Below the pieces are notes generated by a model. It had not been told where the DNA came from. It saw only the letters and a program-made list of their open reading frames with translations, and searched no databases. A stretch of DNA of 63,691 bases, filler included, from Octopus bimaculoides (lineage: Eukaryota): assembly GCF_001194135.2 (NCBI RefSeq). It is 5 parts of 5 records of this genome, joined end to end, with 100 filler letters (N's around TTAATTAATTAA, not from the genome) between each part and the next. Parts side by side here need not be neighbours in the genome. Positions count along the whole stretch, not along the records: positions 24,934 to 56,846 come from NC_068982.1; 4 more parts are not named here. One strand, 5' to 3'. This document shows positions 25,401 to 38,689 of the stretch, piece after piece. The stretch's first letter is position 1. Each line of letters starts with the position of its first letter. The translations under genes and the position numbers were made by a program.

Positions 25401-25955
25401 TATTAGGTTGACAAGAAAGTTCTTGCGGGATTTTAAATTTTGGTTTTAAATGATGTATTTTCAAATTAATTTTCGTTAAATTACTTTGACTTTTATATAT
25501 CATTTTAAAGCCTATTTTTCGCTCTATCTAATCGTGTTACTCTTTTTCTTTTTAAATAATTAGGCCATTTTTTTCCGGAACGTTGAATACCACATGGATC
25601 AAAAAACAAATTCGCACAATTTTCTCATTCCAGTTCAAGCTAGGCCGAAAAGCTGCTGAAACAGTTCGCAATATCAACGATGCGTTTGGCCCAGGAACCA
25701 CTAATGAACGTAGAACACAATGGTGGTTCAAGAAATTTCGTAGCGGTGGCGAGAGTCTTGAAGATGATAAATGTAGTGGTCGGCCATTGGATGTTGACAA
25801 CAATCAACTAAAAGCCTTAGTGGAAGCCAATCCATGCACAACTGTTTGAGTGCTTGCTTCTGAATTAGACGTAACGTATACAACAATTTCCAACCACTTC
25901 AAAGAGATTGGAAAAACAAAAATACTTGAGAAATGGGTGCTGCACGAATTGAACG
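25401..25955 (+). mobile_element. Mariner 5' half (another lineage)
   Basis: TIR TATTAGGTTGACAAGAAAG; KKQIRTIF.FQFKLGRKAAETVRNINDAFGPGT..QWWFKKFRSG.ESLED..SGRP; KWVLHEL; truncated at a SINE B fragment. Confidence 0.9.
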
Positions 25956-27875
25956 ACAAATTAAGTACCAGTAATGTACTGGGGTTGATGTAATCAACTT
26001 AAGCCCTACCCAAAATTTTCAGGCCTTTTACCTTTAATAGAAAGGATTATTATGATTATAATTCTATAGAAAAGATACCAACTTCTCATCTTGGCATCAT
26101 TCGTATATCATCTCACTCAACACGTTATTCATATGTATCCAAAAACAGAAAGTTTCAAGCCACAACCACTGAGTCTCTTTAATCAGTATTGTAGTATTAG
26201 AAATACTACAATCACCACCACTTATCAACGAATGAGTATATTTCACCACATCCGACCAATATATGAACAACATAAAGCTGAAATTCCCAAAGTTCTCTAC
26301 CACAGTGGCTCCTCGTAATCTCTAATGGTATCTCATAGCAATCAATACAGACATCTGTATACTGAAAGTAGTCTATATTCACAAATGTGTGTAGGCAGCA
26401 TTTTTGTTCTCTTTCCAATTTATCGTGCAAAACATTGCTAGGTTAAGTTGTCCTTATTGATAAATTTCTAGATCTTTCTGACATTGATTTCTAGTTTTTT
26501 TTTTTTCCTATCCATTTTTCTGAGCTGGTCTGGGATAGGTTTTGATAGAGCAATTGTTTTTTTTTCTTTACAGTTGAACACCCTTATTGCCACTGCCCAT
26601 TTGAGTGTGAAGCAGGAGTTGAACTTGCTCTCAATCAGATAAATTAAAATAGACAGTGCCTTGCATATGGATTGATCACAGTTGATTTGAACCCAGAACC
26701 ATGTGGTCAATAGTCATGCAACTTATCCAGATAACCATCACTAATCAATGAAAAGTAAAATTTTACCAAAACTTTACATTCTAGAATCACATTCACATTC
26801 AGTATATATGGTAAAACCCTTCTACATCCAACACCTTAAATAGAATATAACCACCACATTTTCACAAATTTCCTTCCTTATACCAAACACCTCTACTATA
26901 TATTCTTTTTCTTTCTTTTTTTCTCTCTCCCTCCCAACATGTTACTTTATTTAGACAAATTTATACATCAGCTTGGCTATTTTTAAAGCTTCTTAAGACC
27001 ATCTGAATATCAACTGATAAACTCTTGCTTCAGTTTACCCAAGAGGAAACTGGATAAGTGTTATGTCTTTGAGGGAAAATTTATTTTTTACTTCTCTTTA
27101 GTCAATGGAATAAGGACAACGCCCTGACCTATGCAGGGCACCTTAGGCTGATGACATCAAAGTAGCTGATGTTTAGAAGAGGAAACACATTGGCTTAGTG
27201 GTTAAGGGTTCTAGGCTCACAATCATAAGGTTGCAAGTTTGGTTTCTGGATTGAGTAGCACATTATGTTTTTGAGGAAGTTACTTCATTTCATGTTGTTC
27301 CAGCTTACACAACTGAAAGTGAGTGAGTACTAGCTTAATGGCTAGAATAGTCCTCTCTCTCTCTTTCTCTATTTAGTTATTAGGTCTTTGATGTTCTGCT
27401 GTGTGTGTGTTGAAATATATTGTCTTTGTTGCAATTAATCTTGAAAGTAATGATAAATTTAGTAAAATAACTTTGTCACTATTGAGCTGGTGTTTGGAAC
27501 ATAAATTAATATGAAATTTTGATGGAAAGGTTTAGTTTAGATCACAATACAACATCTTCATAAAACTACCATTGAGGCCATAACTGTATGATATCCAGTT
27601 AAAGTCCTGACTGCATCACACCAAAGTTCAGATTATAAACATGTATCCTAGAACAGTGAAGACTATGATTCCATACCACAGATAAGATCACAAACTCAGT
27701 AGATATGACTACAAATTTATAGCATGATTGCAGATATGGTCTCGACTCCAAAAAGAGATTACAGATAAAAGCCAGTTCTATAATTACAAATGTGGCCACA
27801 TTATATATCTAACACTGCCACATATAAAGTGTGTGTGTGTGTGTGTGTGTATGTGTGTGTGTGTATGTGTGTGTG

Positions 27876-27927
<52 letters not shown>

Positions 27928-28226
27928 CATACACACAGACACACACAATACATAGAATCAAACCATCATTGCAGCCTCTATTATAATTATGTACTCTTAC
28001 TACTATTACTACTACCACCATTGTGCATACCACTAAACTGACTAATACAGATATGTGGTAATCATAGACACAAGCCATGGATAGAATGTCATGTCCTAAT
28101 CATTATTATTATCATCATTCTACTGCATTTCTAGCTATGGCCACCATACATTCACTAAGATTTTCCTCCTTGACCAGTGGGCAGCAAAGCCAATTCCTGG
28201 CTGGAACTACTGCTTTTGTAGGAGAT

Positions 28227-28257
<31 letters not shown>

Positions 28258-28594
28258 GGCTATTTCTTGTGTGTACAAATATACATATAAAAATCAATAC
28301 TGGGAAATGCATGCTAGGATCTCAGCTATTGAAACAGATCTCAGGCAAGATTGTGAAATCAGGAGATTTCAAGGGGGACATGAGCTTGGTGATATAGAGA
28401 AATGCACAGATCTACAGATGTACACATGCTGCATACTTCTTCACATGCTGAACAAATGTTGTTAGTGTATATAGGAAAGGAGAGAAGGAGGAAAAAGGGT
28501 GGGGGGGAAATCAATAACACTAATACAGGACTTTCAATAAAAGACAGCCACATATAGAGAACTGTTTACTGTTTAGCCAAAGGAGGAGGAGAGT

Positions 28595-28800
28595 TGTGAC
28601 GATGGCAGCAGTTGTAATGGGCATAAAAATAATGATAATAAAAATGGTAAAGAGGACCATGATGATGATGATGATGATGATGATGAAAGACAATGGCGAT
28701 AATAATTGTGGTGGCAGCAAGGGCCATAACTGTCATCGTGTTCATCACCATCCTCACCATCATTATCACAATCATTGCTGTCATCATCATCACCATCCTT
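28595..28800. repeat. Degenerate (ATG/CAT)n trinucleotide repeat
   Basis: Direct reading; gives spurious M/H/I-rich ORFs. Confidence 0.85.
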
Positions 28801-28839
28801 GCAGTTTTAACTAACAACACACTCTTGCTTGTTATTTTC

Positions 28840-29080
28840 CACAGATTGATGGATTGGTCATTTGAGTGTCAAACAAGATGCCTAGCGGTATTAATTTTGA
28901 CTCTTGACATTTGGGGTTCAAATCTCATTGGGGTTATCTCTGCTTTTCCAACTTCCAGAGTTGATGAAAAAAAACATATCAGTCAAGTACTGGGATCAAT
29001 AGTATTGACTAATTTCTCCCTCCAAATTGTTGGCCCGAGTGCCTAAATTAGAAACTATCATAATTATAATTATTACTATT
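28840..29080 (+). mobile_element. SINE family B, diverged
   Basis: CTAGCGGTATT..GGTTCAAAT..AAGTACTGGGATC..TTAGAAAC, followed by an AT-rich tail. Confidence 0.65.
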
Positions 29081-29084
29081 CTTT

Positions 29085-29370
29085 CATTTGCACAGTGATG
29101 ATCTCATCAACACTGGATTGTTTAATTGACTCCCTATCAAGTTATGCAATTTTAAACAGACAGTACTTTCCGCAAGATATCTGCTGTTCCCAAAAGTGTT
29201 GTCTTTTGCAATGTCATAAGGCCAAGACAGATTCCAGTTGTGTCAAGGTGTTTCTGAAGGTTTCTCGTCACCAACCCAAGTATTCCAATTACAACTGGTA
29301 CTGATCTTGCTTTTATATTCCACATTCTACTGACATCTGTTCTCAAGTCTGAATACTGTACAATTTTCTC
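29085..29370 (-). mobile_element. Non-LTR retrotransposon 3' end (REL, R4/Dong-like)
   Basis: RMWNIKARSVPVVIGILGLV..LQKTTLLGTADILRKVL* matches the conserved VPVVIGxLG..LQK..LLGTA.ILRKVL C-terminus. Confidence 0.8.
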
Positions 29371-29390
29371 ATTATCAATGTTGTTGCTTG

Positions 29391-29419
<29 letters not shown>

Positions 29420-29428
<9 letters not shown>

Positions 29429-29620
29429 CATTAGCATGTCAGACAAAATGCTTAGTGGCATTTCATCTGCCTTTATGCTGAGATCAACTTTCATCTTTTT
29501 GGGGTTGATAAAATAAGTACTAGTTGAGCACTGGGGAGGGGGGGGGGATGTAATCAACTAGTCCCTCTCTGAAATTGCTGGCATTGTGCCAAAATTTGAA
29601 ACTATCACCATCACCATCAT
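29420..29620 (+). mobile_element. SINE family B
   Basis: AAAATGCTTAGTGGCATTTC..GGGGTTGATAAAATAAGTAC..GTGCCAAAATTTGAAAC. Confidence 0.7.
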
Positions 29621-30558
29621 CATCATACAACTAATTTGTAAGGAGCCAAATTAAATGGTTTATAGCATCTGTAGTTGGGTCTCTTTGAGGTCAGAGGTGA
29701 GATTGTGATTGGATTGCTACTGACTTTCATATTACAAAGTCGATAATATTAATATCATTCTTGCATAGTAGATATAATTCAATTTATAACACAACTTCCA
29801 CAACCATTTCTGTGTGGCTTTGGTTTATACATTGCATGTGTAAACATATGCATGTGTGTGTGTGCACTCACGTTTTCTTTAAGATTTATTCAAGTTCTTC
29901 ATAGAGTTCAAGATGGATGTAGGTGTACATACCTACATTTAGTGTGAACATGTCTCTTCTGTATTTAGGTGTGTGTGTGTGTGTGTCCATGATTACTTTT
30001 TACATATGTGTTTACAAGCCTGCACTCAATCAAACCGTCTAACCCATGTCAGCATGAAGAGTGGATGTTAATTAATGATGATGATATATATGAATGTATG
30101 TAATGAAATCTTATATATAAATATATATCAATAAAAGACTTTTCCTTCTATTTTTCCTAAGTGTAAACATAATACACTTTGTTTTTTTTTACCTTGTCTT
30201 TGTGCTATTAATAATTTTTCCATCATATCACATATTATAATAAACTGGTTTGTTTCAGGAATAATTATGACAGTATAAGGAAAAAGAAAGACTTTTGAAA
30301 AGTGTATAGCAGACAGCTGAAATCTGACACATTGACAAAACGACTCATTAAAATTCATAATTCAACAAGCCATCTCATAAATGTTTCTTACTCCTAGTTT
30401 AGTCAAACACTTATTAATTTAACAAATATATATAGCAGAATGGTTACAGCAAAAACTCTACAGCACTAAACCAGATAACTGAATTTAAACTGAAGTCTCA
30501 GGCTTCAAAGTTCAAATTCTACAAATACTGGGTTTTAATTTTCTTCTTGTAGGTATAA

Positions 30559-30947
30559 GTGGAGGCGCGATGGCCCAGTGGTTAGGGCAGCGGACTCGCG
30601 GTCATAGGATCGCGGTTTCGATTCCCAGACCGGGCGTTGTGAGTGTTTATTGAGCAAAAACACCTAAAGTTCCACAAGGCTCCGGCAGGGGATGGTGGCG
30701 AACCCTGCTGTACTCTTCCACCACAACTTTCTCTCACTCTTACTTCCTGTTTCTGTTGTGCCTGTAATTCAAAAGGGTCAGCCTTGTCACACTGTGTCAC
30801 GCTGAATATCCCCGAGAACTACATTAAGGGTACACGTGTCTGTGGAGTGCTCAGCCACTTGCACATTAATTTCACGAGCAGGCTGTTCCGTTGATCGGAT
30901 CAACTGGAACCCTCGACGTCGTAAGTGACGGAGTGCCAACTACTACC
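30559..30947 (+). mobile_element. SINE family C (young, tRNA-derived), 11-bp TSD
   Basis: A box TGGCCCAGTGG, B box GTTTCGATTCC; TSD TGTAGGTATAA at 30548-30558 and 30948-30958; near-identical to 42636-43021. Confidence 0.95.
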
Positions 30948-30979
30948 TGTAGGTATAAGCAAAAAATATAAATTCATAA

Positions 30980-31211
30980 GACATCATTATCATCATTATG
31001 TTTTAACATCCACATTTCCATGCATGCATGGGTCAGATGGAGTTATTGTGATATGACTTGATGCCATTCCTATTGTAAACCTTCACCTGCTGCCAAGTAA
31101 GGTAATAATTTCCCCAATGCTCAGACATGTTTCCACAGAATACTGGAATTGAATGACACTGCTTGTATGACAGTGACACTCATTTACAACTGTCATGCAA
31201 CATCAAGAGAA

Positions 31212-31268
<57 letters not shown>

Positions 31269-31430
31269 CAGTGGGTTTCTCCCAGTTTCCAACTACCAAA
31301 GTTCACAAAGCTTTGGTCAACCTGGGGATATAGCAGAAGATACTTGCCCAAGGTGCCATGCATTGGGGTTGAACCCAGAACCATGTGGTTGGGAAGCAAA
31401 CTTCTTACCATACAGCCATGCTTGTGCCTA
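30980..31430 (-). mobile_element. SINE family A
   Basis: Tail, (CA)n, head; CpG-decayed. Confidence 0.8.
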
Positions 31431-31714
31431 TGTATTAGGCTTCTGAGATAAAATTCTGCAAATGTTGAATTTTAATTTCTCCTGCAGGAGTAAATGAAAT
31501 ACAAATCAATAAGCACTAAAACTAAATTGATTCCCAGCAAAAGAAGCTTAGATTGAGGCATAGATACAGAATCTATATGCAATAAATGTAGTAAAAATAA
31601 AACTATGAACTACTAAAATCAAATTATATTTACTGAGGATTAAACGAGAATTGAATGACAAATGTGCATTTAAAGAATGCATTAGTGAAGATAGAAAAAT
31701 ATATATCCATATGC

Positions 31715-32070
31715 GAGAAGTAACTGTGTGATTTAGTAGCTTACTTTGTAACCACATGGTTTTGGGTTCAGTCTCATTGTGCAGCAACTTGGCCAAGTGT
31801 CTCCTACTGTAGCCTTAGGCTGGCCAATGCCTTGTGAGTGACTGTGGAAACCTGTTGTGTGTGTGTTTATATGCATGTGTGTGTATGTGCGCACGTGTCT
31901 GTGTTTATTTCCTCCATGCTGTTTGTGTCTATGTGACTTAGCAGTTTCATGAAAGAAATTGATAGAATAAGTATCAAACTTAGAAAATAAGTACTGAGGA
32001 TGACTTGTTTGACTAACCTTTCAAATTAGTGCCCCAGCATGGCCAGAGTCCAATAACTGAAGCAAATAAA
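31715..32070 (+). mobile_element. SINE family A
   Basis: Head, CORE-like block, tail; CpG-decayed. Confidence 0.8.
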
Positions 32071-32484
32071 ATGCTACAAATATATATATGTGAGTGTGTG
32101 TGCGAGAGATAATAAAGAAAATGTGAGCATCTAACCGATCTTTCATTTACTCTTTATATCTACAGCAATATCTGTATGCTCACTTTGCAATCACACGGTC
32201 TTGGGTTCAGTCCTGCTGCATGTCACATTGGGCAAGTGTCTTCTGCCATAGCTCCTGGTCAACTAATGGCTTTGTGAGGAGTAGAATTGGTAGGCAAAAA
32301 CTGTGTGGAAACCCATTATACATATGTATGTATATGTAAGTAATTATTTAGGTATTGGGTATGCTCCTAGTAGTTAGTTGACGAAGCACATTCATTGCCT
32401 ATGGCTATCTGATGTCATCCATGGAATTTACACAATTGTTGCTGGATCTACCTCAGGAATTGCTCAGTGTTTGTTGAGTGTATA

Positions 32485-33380
32485 ACAAATGATAGACAGA
32501 AAATGGAATATACGAGAAACTTTATTGCTCACAATGATTGTTTAGACCAGCGATTCCCAACATGGGGCATATGCCCCAATGGTGGGGCATGGAAAATTTG
32601 TAGCGGGACATGGGATCCAAAATTTCTTTTTTTTTCCTTACGTGGGACATGGAATTGTGAAAAGCTTTTTTTCACAGCAAACATACTACACCTATACTCA
32701 GCCTTGCCAAACCAATCCTTCCAGCCAAGCATACCATGTGAAGACGGTTTGCTACAGTATAGTGCTGTTCTAATGCTACAGCTTAAGCTAATGAAATTGT
32801 CTCCTGAAATCAAGGAAATCTGCCAGAGTCGCCAGACATTAAGTTCTCATTAAAGAGATTCACTTTTTTTTCTTAGTCAATAATGTACTTTCTTTTGGTA
32901 CTCAGTACTTAAGTGTTACTGGTAGATTCTTTTGTATCAAATAACTGTGATAGAATATTAAAAATAGAATCCTTTTTTCCAACCACCAGTGGAGCATGCA
33001 TTTTTCTGGAAAGCTTTGTAGGGGCCTGGGGGAAAATAGGTTGGAAAACACTGGTTTAGACCCATCCTGCATCGATCCCTTGCTGGTGGCATACTATACA
33101 ACTGGTTGTGGTGCATCTCTTGTGCAGAAGTGTCTAGTCAAGTGATGTTATATGGAGTTAAGTCCAGCAGCTTAAATCTATGGTCACTAACAACATGCTG
33201 TGTTAAAACCAAATGAAATAAGGTGTATTTAATGAGACACCCTTTATTACATCACTTGATAAGACACTTCTGCACCAAGAGATGCATCAGAACCAGTCAT
33301 ACAATATCCCACCCACAAGGGATCAATGAAAGATGGGTTGAAACAATCATTGTGAACAATATAGTTTTTCATATATTCCG
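32485..33380. mobile_element. Palindromic MITE (arms about 130 bp) split by a hAT insertion and lying inside a SINE A
   Basis: After removing 32548-33061 the left arm GGAATATACGAGAAAC..GAAGTGTCTAGTCAAGTGATGT is the imperfect reverse complement of ACATCACTTGATAAGACACTTC..TTTCATATATTCC. Confidence 0.8.
32548..33053 (+). mobile_element. hAT Charlie/Buster-type non-autonomous element
   Basis: TIRs CAGCGATTCCCAAC / GTTGGAAAACACTG; exact 8-bp TSD GTTTAGAC (32540-32547, 33054-33061); remnant ..PCE.G..LKLSPEIKEICQSRQTLSSH* resembles the hAT dimerisation C-terminus. Confidence 0.92.
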
Positions 33381-35030
33381 TGTGTCTGTGTTTGTCTCCT
33401 ACTATCGCTTGATAACCAGTGTTGGTTTGTGTACAACCTCATAACTTAGTAGTTTGGCAAAAGAGTTTGATAGAATATGTAAAATAAGAAATGGCATCTA
33501 TTTCTGCAACTAAACCCTTCAAGGTAATGCCCCAGCATGGACACATTCCAGTGACTGAAATGAGTAAAAGCAAAAGCATTTAATAGTGGAGGTGAGAGAA
33601 CACAACTTCATCTGAGAACTGGAAAAAAAAAACTGTCTGTTATACATTTATCAGATAAACTGTTCTGGTATATCTTTGACTTGAGATTTCTATGCTATTG
33701 ATCTGGTTATGCTATTAAATGTTGGTATAATCAAGTGACTAGAATGGATCACTCTAAGTTCCTATACAAACTACTGGCTTGTCTTTGGCCACAGAAATAG
33801 AAATTACATAAAAAGAACAGGAAAAATCATCCAAAAATGATCTGGAGAAACAAAAGTAATTAAAGTGTTAACGACGCTAAACACATGTTAGGATTAGTGG
33901 GAAAGGTTTAGTTGCAGTGTTCCTGCTTCTTTTAGTATATTATAAACAGGAAATCCAAACATTAAAATCTTGGCTCAAGGCAAAATTAATTCTAGCACTA
34001 TGGTATTTATTGCCACCTAAGTTTCTAATATTAATTGCAAACATGTGGCAAGTATTGTAGTGTAAGAGGTAAGACAAATTGGCTATCTGGTTACAAATTC
34101 TGCTTGAAGCCAATATACTTCATATATTTTACCAATACCTTAGAGGAAGGCATGAATGTAACACAATCTCAACTCTTCTCTTTGTAATATAAATCATATA
34201 ACAAACACTATTGGGCATCACAGTCATGATTCCTAGGATGCACAGGATTGGTAACCCAGATTCCATGGCATGTTAAGTAAGTGAGATCACATTTTTCCTG
34301 AATGGGATATCAGACCATTGCAGGCTAACTTATTTATAGCTGAGGGGACTAGAGCAACGTGAAATGAAGTGCACCACATGGTCCAGGAACCAGAACCATA
34401 TTCTTGCAATCATGAATGCAATACCCAAACCATCAGGCCACAACACCTTCATAAATACTGATAAGACTGTTATTGTCACCATCCTAACAAATATAAGAAA
34501 TTATTGACAGAATTTATGGCAGCAGCAGCTATTCAAAGCACATGAGGAAACAAACAAAAATGTATTGAAAATAGAGACATTATTGAAGAGACAGCTTCTA
34601 AATGATTTTATTATAACTAGCTCAATGTTTCATTGTACTGAGATCAAATCATGCCAAAGTGCCAGCCTTGTATACAGAAACCAATCCAATCAATTTAAAT
34701 TTCATGGTTTTGAGCCAAAGATTAGTGACTTTGTGCCAAAGTGAGGAATTATCATTACTATTATTATTATCATTATTTATTATATTACCAGGAATTGCTA
34801 ATATGACTGCTTTTACATGTTGATGCTCGGTTAAACGTTGAAAACTGAGTGATACCTGTCCTCTTTTTGTATACTATAGGTGCAGACGTGTGGTTAAGAA
34901 GCTCACTTTGCAACCATGAGGTTTTGAGTTCAGTCCCACTGTACAGCATCTTGGGCCTTCTACTATAACCCCAGGTCAACCAATGCCTTGTGAATGAATT
35001 TGGTAGACAGAAACTGTGTGAAATCCTGTC

Positions 35031-35077
<47 letters not shown>

Positions 35078-35129
35078 TTTCTGTATGCATTTGCCACCCT
35101 TCCATCAGTTGACAACTGGTGTTGATTTA

Positions 35130-35353
35130 CTCTTTTACTTGTTTCAGTTATTTGACTGTGGTCATGCTGGAGCGCTGCCTTTTAGTCGAACAGATCGACC
35201 TCAGGACTTATTCTTTGTAAGCCTAGTACTTATTCTATTGGTCTCTTTTGCTGAACCACTAAGTTACGGGAACGTAAACACACCAGCATCAGTTGTCATG
35301 CGATGTTGGGGGGGGGGGACAAACACAGACACACAAACATATACACACACACA

Positions 35354-35399
<46 letters not shown>

Positions 35400-35545
35400 A
35401 GACGGGCTTCTTTCAGTTTCCATCTACCAAATTCACTCACAAGGTTTTGGTCGGCCCAAGGCTGTAGTAGAAGACACTTGCCCAAGGTGCCACGCAGTGG
35501 GACTGAAGCCAGAACCATGTGGTTTGTAAGCAAGCTACTTACCGA
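35130..35545 (-). mobile_element. SINE family A, younger copy nested in an older plus-strand A copy (34878-35940)
   Basis: Complete tail-to-head structure; the host tail resumes at about 35800. Confidence 0.8.
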
Positions 35546-35800
35546 CTGACCAGGCTATCAGTTGTTACACATCGCTGGTCACAATGTACATTTGCATTGT
35601 TTTGGCCCTCAATTGATCCCACCCCGCTGGCTAGATGAGCAGCTTAACATTCCCCACTGATCAAAAGGGAGGACTGGAGCAACGTGAAATGAAGTGTTTT
35701 GCTCAAGAACGCAACGCACCACCCAATCAGGGAATCAAACCCACGATCTAGCGATTGTGAGTGCAACAGTGTAACCACTAGGCTACACTGCTTTTTCACT
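35546..35800 (-). mobile_element. SINE with an E-type tRNA head
   Basis: GGAGCAACGTGAAATGAAGTG..GCTCAAGAAC..GGGAATCAAACC..AACCACTAGGC. Confidence 0.7.
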
Positions 35801-35950
35801 AGAATAAGTACCAAATTCAAAAGGAACAAGAAAACACTGTAAGTACTGGGATCAATTTGTTTGGCTAAAACCTTTTGAGGCAGTGGCTAAGCATTACAGC
35901 ACTCCGATGACTGAAACGACAAAGGATAAAGCTGAAATATANNNNNNNNN

Positions 35951-36255
35951 NGTGTTTATTGAGTGAAAACACCTAAAGCTCCACGAGGCTCCGGCAGGGG
36001 GTGGTGGCGAACCCTGCTGTACTCTTTCACCACAACTTTCTCTCGTTCTTACTTCCTGTTTCTGTTGTGCCTGTAATTCAAAGGGTCAGCCTTGTCACAC
36101 TGTGTCACGCTGAATATCCCCGAGAACTACGTTAAGGGTACATGTGTCCGTGGAGTGTTCAGCCACTTGCATGTTAATTTCACGAGCAGGCTGTTCCATT
36201 GATCGGATCAACTGGAACCCTCGACGTCGTAAGCGACGGAGTGCCAACAACAACA
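35951..36255 (+). mobile_element. SINE family C, head lost in an N gap
   Basis: Near-identical to 30559-30947 from GTGTTTATTGAG onward; (AAC)n tail. Confidence 0.92.
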
Positions 36256-36479
36256 ATAATAATAATGTAAATACAAATTACAGATGTTGAATTAATAACT
36301 TCCAGAGACAGTAGTTCAGTTAAAAGAGGAATTAATAGACTCTTGTCTATCAAATCAAAAATAATCCAGACTTGTCCAAGGGTCTTTTCTAAAACACAAG
36401 TTTTTACACATCTAGATTGCTGAACATGTATTTAGAACACATTAGTGTCAGAAAGGTTTACTCTTGTTGAGGATACAAC

Positions 36480-36715
36480 ACCTCGAGTGCTGGTACCGCA
36501 ATAAAATGTGTCCAGAACACTCTGTAAAGTGGTGGTTGATAATAGGAAGGGCATCCGGCTGTAAAAAACAAAATCAAAAAGGAAACGTACAAGATGTAGT
36601 CCTTTGACTTATCTAGGAGCAGGGTAATGTTAAACAAGGACTGACTCAGAAATGACCACTTGGCCAATCTATGGAAGCATGAAAAGCAGATGTAAAATGA
36701 TAATGATGATGATGA
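36480..36715 (+). mobile_element. SINE family D
   Basis: GGAAGGGCATCCGGCTGTAAAAA core, GCATGAAAAGCAGATGTAAAATGAT tail. Confidence 0.7.
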
Positions 36716-36935
36716 TGAAGATAGTGATGACGGTGACAATAATGGCGATAGTGATAATGTCGATAGTGATGGGATGATGAAGACAGTGATGATGACAATG
36801 GTGATGATAGTGATGATGACAATGGTGATGATAGTGATTATGATGATGGTAATGATGACAGTTGTGGTGATAATGATGGATATGATGGTGAAGATAGTGA
36901 TGATGATGGAGAAAATAGCAATGATAATGGTGATC
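36700..36935. repeat. Degenerate (GAT)n repeat
   Basis: Direct reading; extends a SINE D tail. Confidence 0.85.
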
Positions 36936-37743
36936 TTTGATATGATTTCTTCTCTCTTTTTTGCTTTCAATATATTACAGTTGTGATTTTACTAGTTACA
37001 GTAACAATATCCTCTGCTTAGCAACTGTGCTTCTAGAATTAGAAAAATGCATAATTAATCCCAGGGTTACAAATAGCACAGATGCAAAACTCATGACTTG
37101 CAACATTTGAAATAGCAGAGGTAACAGAAAAATATGATCAGCTCTCAAGGTGATTTAAACTTAAGTATAACTAGGTTCTTTGCCTGAGAAAAAGCGAAAA
37201 GTGCTTTGAAGAATTATGAAGACGAAGCTCCTAAATAAAGGTCAAATGCATGATATTTGTATGCTAATGCCTTCATCATCAAAAAAAGAAAAGTAAAAAA
37301 AACAAAAAAATCATATCTTTAAATCAAACTGTATGTGGCCTTAGAGTTTATATTAGATTTAATTTCTTTTTACATTTTTATTAAGGTTGAAACTATGAAA
37401 AAGAATTATAACAAAAATACTGGTTGTTACTGAGTCACTCTTTCCAGTGTTGATCATTCTCTATATATCATATATTTTTATCATCATTTAATATCCATGT
37501 TCCATGCTGGTATGGGCTGGGCAGTTTGACAGAAACCAATTGGTCCAAGGACCACTGTTATATGAACAGAAGTATGGTAATGAAAGGGTTAAAACGGGAC
37601 ATCTGTATCATAAAATCAAGAGTAGTCTTACACAGGTTAGTATCAAAAGATTTAAGAGGCTAACCTCTTCACATCTTCATATATTATTTTTGAAATCTCT
37701 TCAATGTTTTACGAAGGCTTTCATATTACTTAAAAAATAGTCA

Positions 37744-37969
37744 CCCCCTTTAGCATTCAGATTTCTTTGTCAAATTTATTGCTTACTTATTCACACTGAT
37801 TTGAATTAATCATGCATTATCATGTAGTTTCAAGATTTCAATGTTGTGATTGTATATTCTTAGAATGACATTGTAGGGTAGGTGTGAGACATTGAATCAG
37901 ATCAGTTTGAACATAAAACAGGTAGAATATTTGGGCCAGATATGGCTGGATTAAATGCTAAAGGGTTAA
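37744..37969. mobile_element. piggyBac-like MITE
   Basis: CCCTTTAGCATT..AATGCTAAAGGG-TTAA termini; second copy at 50792-50966. Confidence 0.65.
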
Positions 37970-38019
37970 ATATATTTTGAGAGTGATAAATATATTTTTA
38001 TTTTTTAACCTTTTGTTAC

Positions 38020-38388
38020 TAGGCACAGGTGTAATTGCATGATTAAGAAGCTTGCTTCCCAACCAAGTGGTATTGGGTTCAATCCCATTGCATGGCGCTT
38101 TGGGTGTGTTTCTGCTACTAGAGCACTTGTGAGAGGATTTGGTAGAAGGAAACTAAAGAATCCTGTTGTGTGTGTTTATGTGTGTTAGTGTGTGTAGACA
38201 TCATATAATAATTGTAAACAGGTATCATCATCATCATACAAGGATATTAGTTTCCAGTCTTCCATTAAAAAACATGTCTAACCAGAGGGAAATATTACCT
38301 TGGTTGGAAACAAGAGAGGGCATCTGGCTGTAGAAAATCTGCCTTGACAAATGCCATCTGACCCATGCAGACATAGAAATGATGTTAA

Positions 38389-38420
<32 letters not shown>
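38020..38420 (+). mobile_element. SINE family A
   Basis: Head, tail and (GAT)n. Confidence 0.75.
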
Positions 38421-38689
38421 ATTATAATTATGATAATTAACTAATTATAGAATTTGCCATTAGTGAATATGTTAATCAACCAATTGCTTGGAGGTCAATT
38501 TGTTAATTAGTGTTCAATTGTTGATCAGTAAATTGAAGTTCAATGAATTTTCCTGTGTGGGCATATGCAAATTAACTTGCCCTATTGAACACATTGGGTG
38601 TCTTTGGGGGTGTGGTAGGGGAGGGAGGAGAGTGAGAGGTTGCTTTTATCTCGAAAGCAAAAAGAAGCATCTTGCAGCATCTTTTATCT

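Noticed and set aside
26060-26445. Three overlapping ORFs of about 70 aa
   Set aside because: No motif recognised and no consistent strong splice pair
28520-28820. Met/His/Ile-rich ORFs (also 36458-36986)
   Set aside because: Degenerate ATG/CAT trinucleotide repeats
30559-30640. tRNA-like sequence with A and B boxes (also other SINE heads)
   Set aside because: No complete cloverleaf; continues into a SINE body with tail and TSD
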